DNA of 60,324 bases, counting the filler, from Sphacelaria rigidula (Eukaryota): assembly GCA_964200075.2 (NCBI GenBank). It is 8 parts of 8 records of this genome, joined end to end, with 100 filler letters (N's around TTAATTAATTAA, not from the genome) between each part and the next. Parts side by side here need not be neighbours in the genome. Positions count along the whole stretch, not along the records: positions 45,321 to 52,772 come from CAXNAA020014853.1; positions 52,873 to 60,324 come from CAXNAA020014854.1; 6 more parts are not named here. One strand, given 5' to 3'. Made by a program: the position numbers and the translations under genes. Positions 50,881 to 60,324 of this stretch are shown here, in pieces. The notes beneath the pieces are model-generated. The model saw nothing but the letters and a program-made list of their open reading frames with translations, was not told the origin of the DNA and made no database searches. Position 1 is the first letter of the stretch. Each line of letters begins with the position of its first letter.

Positions 50881-52772
50881 CTTCGCATTAAAAAACCNNN
50901 NNNNNNNGGACGCCTTCCGTGGTCACAGGCTACCAAAAATCCAAGAAAAACAAAATAGACCCAGATTAAAAACTCACAAAACGCGATACAAGCTAAACAG
51001 GAATGAAGAAGAAAGAAGAAAGGGAGTACATGTGGCTAACCTCAGAAGATCCGGTGCGGCAGGTGGCCATTCGGACTTCAGGGGGTGACACTCGTTTTTT
51101 TCTAACTCGACGCGCGACAAGTAGAAATGAACGCAGGGTCCGACTACGGCCGACGCTCAAGGCCCCAAATACCGCCAAAGAACTAAAGAACTAAGAATCG
51201 CAGCGTTCCATCTTGCGGCCTCTCGAGGGACAGCCGTACGTACAAGCATACCAGGTGTACCAAGACAAGAACTACATGACATAACGACACCCCTCATCGG
51301 GGGGATTCACCCCCCACCCTCCACTTCTCTGGACCGTCGCCATTGCCGTGCTATTTGGGCTTCGCTGGTCTCCCATCTAATCGCACGCAGTCGGCTGACC
51401 TTCTCTTCATTCCTGTGCCATGAGCTCATAAATCTCTCCGCTCCCTGCAGCACTCCCGCGTGCCACGGCACCCCCCCCTCCTTGTTTGCTGCTGGGGTCC
51501 GTAGGGCGCGGTCGATTCCGAATGGGTCTTGCTATTTACGTCAATGTTGGCGCACTGTGTTACATCCGCCAACATTGACGTAATCTGTACATCCGTCAAC
51601 GTTCAAATCCGTCCCACAAGCCCCGCATGGACACAGCAACACATGAAAAACACTCACACAGTCTCTAGCTATCGTTCAAGCCATCGCACGGAGCAAACGG
51701 ACCCGTACCGGATGAGATACATACGTGCTTAGCTGTCACAACGTTGTGCTACACACGATGCGCTGATAACAGAGGAGTGATCGAAAAGGTCACAAGCTTC
51801 GAATAGGCAAGCCCGGGCGCCGGTCGACACAACATGAAGTTGTTACCGTGAAAGCTGAGGTCATGGGCTGGGTATAGGGAGCGGGAAGACTTGATTCGTG
51901 TCCGCACTTTTCACAGCGGCAGCTTTGTAGAGTAAACGTGAGCCCGACACCGCGGCAAGCGGGGGGCACTGCTGGCTCATATTAGCATGTGAGTTGTTCT
52001 TTCTGCTTGGCGCAGTTTATAGCCGGGGAGACATTGTGAGCACAGAATTCGTAAGTCATAGATGCAGGGGCTACTCACGCGTGGTATGGCCTGTACTGTA
52101 CACGAATCATAGACCTGTCACGAAATTGTCTATACATTCCTCTACGTTGTCAAAACACAGTAGCACTGCACTGTGTTCACGCATCACCCACGTTGTACGT
52201 GTGGAGACTACAGTCGGTAGAATATGTGCCGGTTGGTGTGTAACGTATGCGGAGAAATACTCGCACACTTACATCTGTTGAGCACATATCAATCTATGCA
52301 CTATGCTCGAGCTAACTCCTTGTCTACCTTCCTGGTTTGTCTGTATTCTGTATCGTCTCGAGAAGCACCACCCTACCTGGGCATTGAGCAGCCTGCAGAG
52401 CTTTGCACACTTGAGAGTTGTAACAAACCTCAAAACGGAGCCAGCGCGCAAGCCGCTCAGCCAAGTCTGCTGCGAGCACAAAGTAGTGTTGGTGAGGGTC
52501 GGACTATGGCCTGATAGCACCGTCACACCGTGCTTTTCAGCCGAAGAAGCGTACACTTTACAGGGTGTAGCCTACTCTGTAGGTAGTACCCTCACAATTT
52601 TCGTCGGTCTTCGGGAGGAGAGACGAGGTATTTTTTTTAACAATTCTGTCCTCAGGTGTTCCACGCAAGACAAGTCATGACCGAGAGAGATGAGCCACAA
52701 AGGTTCCCATATTCAGCTGTTTCACTCGGGTACGCGAGCAGGTGCATCATGGTAAAGAGTGTTTTCGTGAGA

Positions 52773-52872
52773 NNNNNNNNNNNNNNNNNNNNNNNNNNNN
52801 NNNNNNNNNNNNNNNNTTAATTAATTAANNNNNNNNNNNNNNNNNNNNNNNNNNNNNNNNNNNNNNNNNNNN
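52773..52872. other. Artificial contig linker
   Basis: Same 100-bp spacer. Confidence 0.97.
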
Positions 52873-54027
52873 GTGAGTCGTGTTTTGGATGAGATAAAGG
52901 GCTCCTAACAATTCTAACCTCATAAAATATTTGTGTACTTCTACCGTAGCATCACTCTCGACGGACACTTTTGAGATTTCTCCCCTTCCTATACGTATGT
53001 GGTGGTTCCCGCATCATCCTCCCCTTTAATGAGAGCGTCTTCTTTCGTTCCTTCAGCTTTTAACGAGAGAGGCTTTGTGGTTTCCGCCGGCTAGCGGTGA
53101 GGATGCACACCTGCCTGTGTGGGCCCTCTTTGCCACCGATTCGCGGTGGAACGTTCTGTATACGGTCACAGTACTAGGAGGTGCAGGGTACTAGAGCACG
53201 ACAGGGTGACCTGCCATTATTCTTACTAGTACGGTAGGTGACCCGATATAAGACCGGGTTGACCGTGCCGAATGAGGCATCCTCTTCTTGTCGAAAACGA
53301 TCCACCATCGATTTAGAGTCTCCTCTGCCTTATATCGAATAAGAAAGCGTCGTACGTGTTGTGTCACCAGACTCCCCCTATTAGGCCGAACTGGCCTTGT
53401 GTTGGGTCAACGAGCGGCGAGCGTTGTCCCAGTTGACGGAGAACAGAATCACTGCAGAGTGATGGCTAGGAGGGAAGGGGGGGGGGGGATTTTGAGCTAT
53501 TTCTTCCACAAAATTCCACCTCGAAATCAATTGTCGTGGAAAATAGCATCGTTTGTTTAAACGCGCTTGTTATCAATGAGTCACACTCATTCATATCGCT
53601 TGACACCGTTTTCGCTCGAATACAGGCGCACCGCGAGTAGTTGGGTCCTCTGACACACCTGGGAGCCCCTGTTTTTCGTGGAGCCCTCCCTGCCCCCCTA
53701 TTATATGATCTATCAGTGGTTCAAACGACAAAGGCAAGCAACAAAAAATGAGTCCCCCCCCCCATTATCGTGGCATCACACCACATTTTGTTGCTTCATT
53801 TACGGTGTGGTATTGTCTGTGCAGCTGGCTGTCGCAGGAGTTCGTGCGCAGGACCGACCGATCCAATATTAGGCCAATTTTGGCCAAGACAGCAAAATCG
53901 GCCTTGTACCCAGAGATATGTGAAAATGGGATCTAGGCGGGTCTTATACCTAAAACGGCCCTAGTGAAAACGGTCTTCTTACATTATCTACCGATGACCC
54001 TCCTCGTCGAGTTCTATCCCACTTGGG

Positions 54028-54304
54028 TGTGATACCGCGATAGACGCCCCCCCCCCGCACCAGCCCCAAAACTTTCACGAAGAAAATGGCCATGCAGCGC
54101 ATGGTAGCTGGCTTCAGACTGCACGGAGCGCTTCATATGGGCGGCATTGGCGAAAACGGCCGCAAGCATGGGAGGTCCTAGCTGTTCGGTGTGCTCGACT
54201 TCCGTCATTTTGATTCGTTTACCTTTTACGTTCGTTCGTACTCTGATTTTCGTTCCTCAAAAACCAGCCTCCCCTCTGAGGGGGGGGCTATCGGGGCATC
54301 AATC
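54028..54304. mobile_element. Diverged MITE related to 29005-29254
   Basis: Ends gataccgcgatagacgcccc / gggggctatcggggcatcaatc resemble that TIR. Confidence 0.4.
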
Positions 54305-55309
54305 TTGCGAAGATCGTCACCTTCGACGTCTATCTTGTAACCAAGGCTGGGTTGGCAGCGTGTTAATTCATGTGCGACATCAAATAAATCAACCAAGCAG
54401 TCAAGCAAGCAATCAATGTAACGTCTGTTGTACTACTTCAAGCAAGCGCCAGCGATTGATTCGCGATTTGTGGCACTGAAAAATCTTGACTACTGGTCTG
54501 AGAACAAGGTTACTATGACAGCAACAAAAATATGAACTCTTGGACTTCGGGGCTCTCACCTGTGCGACCGGGAGGGGGGTATTGTGCACAAGGTTCTCCG
54601 GTATCCGCCTCTGTGAGGTGTGATCTGCAACGCCCTGGCTTCGGCTAGATACGGTGAGATTGAGTTAGCTTTTTTTCAGCTTCTGAGTAGCGGTTCGGGT
54701 GTTTGCACCGGTCGAACCCGATGTTTTGATGTGCGGCAACGGGTACGTGTGCCTACAAGGAGCACGTGCCTTTCGGTACCGTACAGACATTTGTAATGAA
54801 GAGCGTATACTGTTTGAGGACATTGACGCCGCAACTTTCCCCATTGGAAACATGTCTTGAACCTCAATAGGTTGAACGGGCCTCTTGAGAGTGCAGGTTC
54901 CCGTTGTCTCAGCATAATCGAATCTTGAAACCTGTCACTCAGGGGTGTTATACACCGTGATTAGTTTAGCACGGGTACGTCGGCGTTTTGTGCATGCTGT
55001 CCTGTTGGTATGGGGATAGAATGAGGCGAAGGCATCCTCACTGGATTGACAAAATACTTGCGCTCAAAAACTGACTGAATGCACTACTTTGCGAGAGCGG
55101 AGCTCGACTCCACTTCCTTTTCCTACTTCGATCAGGTTGCTAGGGCTGGGGGTACGATCAAAATCCCGCAGTTCGGTTGTCTTCGTTCCCCCTTCATCTC
55201 ATCCACGACTGTTTGCAGTTTTCTACACGTCGGACGAGCACAAGTGTGACTCGTGGCACTCGCACTCGTTGGGCTACTCGTAGGCCGTAAAACTTAATAG
55301 GGTGAGTAT

Positions 55310-55413
55310 TCGAGTCATTGCTCGTTGTGGAAAAAAATATTAGGCCGAGGACTCGAGTCATTGCTCGTTGCGGAAAAAATTAAGAGGGCGAGCACTCGAG
55401 TCATGCTCGTTGT
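55310..55413. repeat. Three ~43-bp tandem units (tcgagtcattgctcgttg)
   Basis: Seen directly. Confidence 0.75.
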
Positions 55414-58400
55414 GTTTTAAAAATACATCCACGAAAAACATCCACGAGTGCACTCGTTTTCGATAAGTAATGACTCGTCCGACGTGTGAAGTTTTCGTCA
55501 AATGTGGTGGTGATGTGCTAGCTGTACGGAAATGTGATTTATAATTGTGGGAACATTTTTTTAGCAATATTCCCTGTTTGACAATGCCCTCTCGAAACGG
55601 AAACCCGAAATGCCTAATATCAGTGTTTTGTAAAGTGCTCGTGTATATCCATGACCTTTTGCACCGGCTGCCCTGTTCCTGTCGGGGTGGAATGGAAGCC
55701 CCTTGCTGCCGCTGTGGTCGTCACACAAACTTCCCACGGCGTCATGGGCCTCACCCAAACTTCTCCGGTACAGTATTGCTTAATGGTGCCACCACCGTGC
55801 CTGGTTTGCTGCTCATTCATCCATCTGTCCGTCTGCCCGCCAAATCGCCACTTCGTACGCCGCAAACATGTCGGAAGTCCGCCGGGTACAGCCTGGCTGC
55901 GATCTCGTTCAATGTCCGAGTAGGTAGACCTGCGCTCTGAAGCACCTTGTCTCCGCCTCCCACCGGTAGTACCTCTGTCTGGTGCGACACGACAAACGTT
56001 TTTTACCCTTCCCGCTGCCTTTTGGTCCAATTGAACACCATCCCCGTACTTTCCGACGAGAGCTGTGCGTTACTCGCTGACATGTGCGTCTATTTCTTCC
56101 TGCGCCCTGCTGTCCGAAACACCATTGTACCGTGAAGAATTTCATTTTTCTGTCCAGCGCAATCCGATCAAGCGGGTCATTGTTCGATCCCAACTGTACC
56201 CGAATCTTCTGTCTCAATGATAGCTAAAATTGGGGCGCGACAGGAGTGCCGCCTACTTGGCGAAAACTCCTGCCTGCAATTGGTCAGCGGTCGTGAGCGT
56301 CGTGAGCGCCAAATACTCGCTGCCGGCTCACGCCCCACCGTGTTACCCGTTACCTCCATGCGCGGTTACCCACCACTCCTTGATATTGATTGATTTATTG
56401 ATTGTCGCACTTTGACTGACCCCCCAGGGATCCAACCGTGGTCTCATGATAGACGTACCCAACAAAAACGAAAGAGAAACACGCTCTGAACAAAAAAAGG
56501 AACAGAAAAAAAAAAAACAAGAATCGCGGAGGATCGCAAGAATTTTGGGATACCTTTACCTCAGCTTTAAGATATACGGCTTATTTCAGCGAGGTGAGCG
56601 TGTGGTGCTTTGCGCATCGCAAAGCTGGTCCGGTGCATCCATCCGCGCTGTTCGTACTTACCACAGGGCAGCGCTTGTCGTGTACGACCCTACCGTAGTA
56701 CCGCCCTCTTGTGAATCCCGGAGCGACAAATCGTCCACCATTTGCTCCCGGACGGTGGTCTCCCGTCCTACAGAGCCGCCAGAATGCTGCCGTACAAACG
56801 TATCAAAAGCGTCCGGCACAACACTATTGCGTCTTTACTCGATGTTGGCGGGCCGTACCGCCGAAAATCAGCTGGCGGTGTAATTCTGCAATCCCTCACC
56901 ACTTACCGCGGGTCTTTCCCCTTCAGGCCGCGGTGGCGGTTTCGCCAGGTCCGTCTCTACCCCACAGCACTAACAAAACTAGAAAACGAGAACAGTATGT
57001 ACCATCCTCGTGCCCTCAAACACTCCCTACATGAAAAGCGTGGCGCCCTGTCCGATGTCCTGTCCCCGCCTGCATGCGGGGCTTCGAGGGCCTATATCTA
57101 CCTTTTCTGCCGGCGCCGCCTTGCTGTAGACCACAGGCGGAACCGTAGTGTGCCATTCTCGCCCCGTGCGCCGCCGAGCTTGTATGAACCATCGGCCCTC
57201 TGCTGCCATCGTCTCGCGATGTCCCCCGCCTGACCGCATACACTTGGATGGACAACGGCCGACCCGGCGACCTCCGGGTGTGCTGCTGCTGCTGCTGGCT
57301 TCTGCAGCAGAGTCCGCCGACGTATGCGGTTCTCATCTTAATCCAGCGTCGCAGCCGGTAGGCCTCATTCCGAGGGTACCATGCTGTCGGCTGCCACAGC
57401 ACGCACGTGCTCGATGCGCCTGGAACGTGCCAGGGTATATCTCCGCGCTGAATCCAGCGCTGCAAGAGGGCGACGCTCTTCCAGCAGACGGTGCACGTGA
57501 GCCGGTCTTGCCGCCGCCTCGCAGCGTGGCTATCAGCTCGACTCACCCGAGTTGCTCATGGTCATCGCGAATGATGTCCAGGATACGCTTGGTGACGCGC
57601 AGGCACTGGCACGATACTGCTTTACCAGTACCGATGGGGCTGCGGTCGGCTGTTGACAAAACAGCGTCTCTCTCGATGAAGTATCTCGCGATCGAGCATA
57701 TTCGCTCGCATCTCGAAGCTGTCACGCTACACCCATTACACACTGCATATGACCAAAGCAAATAAAGCAAATCGATTGGGGTAGGATACAGCCGCTAATA
57801 TCCGCTGTCCTTGGTGCACAAAACACCCGTTTAAAGATGCGGGAGCCTTTGCGTGATTATCCCCCGCGTTTCGTCGGCATTTTTTTCCGGCTGCAATTTC
57901 CCCCCACCTGCCGCATGAAATGTCAGCCTATGCGCCTCTCCCACCGCGAAACTTCGCTCTGTTTGTGCATGCCAACGCTATGGGCATCAGCCTCTCGGTG
58001 CCCTGCCCTTGCATGCTACCCGTGCATGGGGGGTGACCCTGGACGGCGCAGCCTGCCCCTCCAACGCGCTACCGTGGATGTCTCCGATACAGAGACTGCG
58101 CATTGCTCATATTGCATATTCAACGGGTTGTACATTTGTGTCACACATATCCGACGCACAGAATGAATGCAAGTGCATGGCCTCCGCTCTTCTTGTGTGT
58201 GTGCGTGTGTGCGTGGTGTGCGCGTGTGTGTTTCAGTTTCGTCATCATTCAATCCCTCCCCTCCCCCAGCCTGGTCCGGCGAGAACCCGGCGTGCTCCGC
58301 CCCGGCTTTGTAGGGACAGACCCCCGATAGGGTTGGCGTCGGTCGGCGATGGCGCTGTAGAACACGCCACTCACTGCGTAAGCTAGGCAACCAGGTTACC

Positions 58401-60324
58401 GAATTTTTTTTGCACGCTTGAGTTATAGTTGCAGTAACCATGATGGTAGTCGAGCTACAAAAGATCATGCTGTACGGCGTGGGAGAACCTCTACACCGCA
58501 CTAAGGGAATGATCGTACTACGTAGTGTTGAAATGGTGAGACACCCAGAAGGCAGTGTGTAAGACGTGGCTGTCTCTGGAAGTGGCGATACCACAAAATA
58601 AAACAACTCATTAGAGAGGTTCGGAAGATGTTTTTTTTCATCATAGAGTCAGAGTGCAGAGTGGAAGCTTCGAAACTCCAAAGTGGACGTTAAAAAGTTC
58701 ATAGCGGAAGCTGATGTGACGTGGCTTGACGTGATTTTGTTCTGTCGCAGTGATTGGCCGCAGGTTGCCCCGCCAAATGTATGATCGACCAGCGCCCACT
58801 TCGGAAGTCATGGGCCAGCACAACACTGACTGTACCGTACACTGCAGCACCGCACGTACCACACCCTGTACGCTTTTTCAGTGCACCTGCAGTACTTAAA
58901 TCCACTACGGCGCACTACAGGACACTGTAGTGCTGTAGTGCGTTAGTACTGAGCAGCCTGGAGTACAGTAGAGTACAGAGAGGGCAATACAGAACGCTCT
59001 AACAGTGCATTGCGATGCTGTGAACTATTATACTGTACAGCGAAACCGTACAGAAAGTCAGTTGTACAAAAAACAACGTACAGACAGTACGGTACACAGC
59101 ACTTTCAAACAGCAGACCTCGGCCGCATTGCGATGATTTCTCCACATGCCACCCATAAGGGTGGTTCGTCATGATCTCTCACAGGATGGCAATACAGCCA
59201 GGGGTAGCACTACTTGTGCGCTGTAGACTACGAATCGTTTTCACCGTCTTCTTCCAGCTGAGGCTGGCAAGAGTGAGGAGCTGCACCCAAGTCAACATAT
59301 ACCCGTCGAGCATTTGAATATTCACGCAACACAACCAGGCGAATGCTGATACCATGGCGGCGTCAGGGAGGTCTTCTGATTACGATGCCAAGCTTTTCTA
59401 CTTCGTGAATGGCCCATTGTGATGAGTATGGCAGCTTTGATGGACGATGAATGTCTCACTTTGCTGGTTAGGGTGTATTGACTTTGGACTGGACGTGACC
59501 ATGGCGGTGAAAGTTGGCGTGGCTCCTTTTTCATTCCGCTATGAGCTCTGAAGAGGAACAACGGCCTTCAGAGTGAAGTGGTGCAAACGGCACTCTGACT
59601 CTGAAAAAATCGCCCTGAAGAAAACTTCAAAGCGAAAAGTGCACCGTTACCGGCTATTTTTCCTTCCACTCTGACTCCAAGATATGAAAGAGCGATTTCC
59701 GAAACTCTCCATTGTAGGTTGTCAACCAAGTGCAAAATCACGATAATCAGTAGGCTTCGGGCCGCACAATCTTAGCAGGATGCAGCTCACCAAGAGGGTC
59801 GCACCGGATACCAAAAACAAAAAACCGGTCACCGGATAAGAGGCGTTATTCTGAAAAAAAAACTGGTTCAGCCGTTTTTTTCTCAGCAGGTTCAACCGGC
59901 ACACCGGAAAAGCGGTTTTCCCTGATGAGCAGGGGAAAACGCCTCCAAATCTCTTGAAGCGCAGGGGAATTAGGCGCTGTTGTCGTGTGTTGTCGTGTGC
60001 TATGTGTTTCGTGTGTGGTGGATGATGGGTGATGCATACGCTCAAACACACCCATTGCCTGTGACGGCAAGATTCAATCTCACACCTCCGCACCCGTGCA
60101 ACAGCTGTCGAACTTACAGCATAGTGACTGGTGACAACGATCTCAATTCGTGATAGGAAACAGTGTTGGTGATTACTTGAGCAACTGCTGTTCAAATCTG
60201 GCGCCTAACTATAGCCAACACAGGGTGTCAAGAGGAAAAACTATAGGGCGAGCTGGGCCGGCAGTAAACCCAGCATTCTCTGTCGTCACCACAACTCTTC
60301 AAGTTTCCCAAATCAGCACGGCCT

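Noticed and set aside
50646-50958. Poly-Q, poly-L and poly-C ORFs
   Set aside because: Translations of a (TTG)n microsatellite beside a 10-N gap
53825-53936. Possible terminal exon after a tgtgcag acceptor
   Set aside because: Frame ambiguous, no partner exon and no motif support
59338-59425. Possible terminal exon ANADTMAASGRSSDYDAKLFYFVNGPL*
   Set aside because: Weak acceptor, no linked upstream exon and no recognisable family

Overview
This is eukaryotic, intron- and repeat-rich DNA, most likely from a brown alga or related stramenopile. The taxon is inferred from short exons in kb-long introns, a dynein-2 gene and the repeat landscape. It is not one locus. Seven identical 100-bp linkers (44 N + TTAATTAATTAA + 44 N) join eight size-sorted contigs of 7454, 7454, 7453, 7453, 7453, 7453, 7452 and 7452 bp. 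Most ORFs in the six-frame track are spurious. The real coding signal is spliced exons read from splice sites and phase: three exons of a NEDD1-like WD40 gene (contig 1), three of dynein-2 heavy chain stalk/MTBD (contig 3), three of a cytosolic glutamyl-tRNA synthetase-like gene with a WHEP-like segment upstream of the GST-like domain (contig 6), and a few unassigned exons. The rest is a decayed RTE-like LINE, a second RT fragment, tRNA-derived SINEs, and many MITE/foldback elements, some nested. The most unusual object is a 1.65-kb TIR element (33189-34839) with an 8-bp TSD, inserted in a SINE. It carries two regular 42-43 bp arrays in which a conserved bipartite motif alternates with variable spacers.
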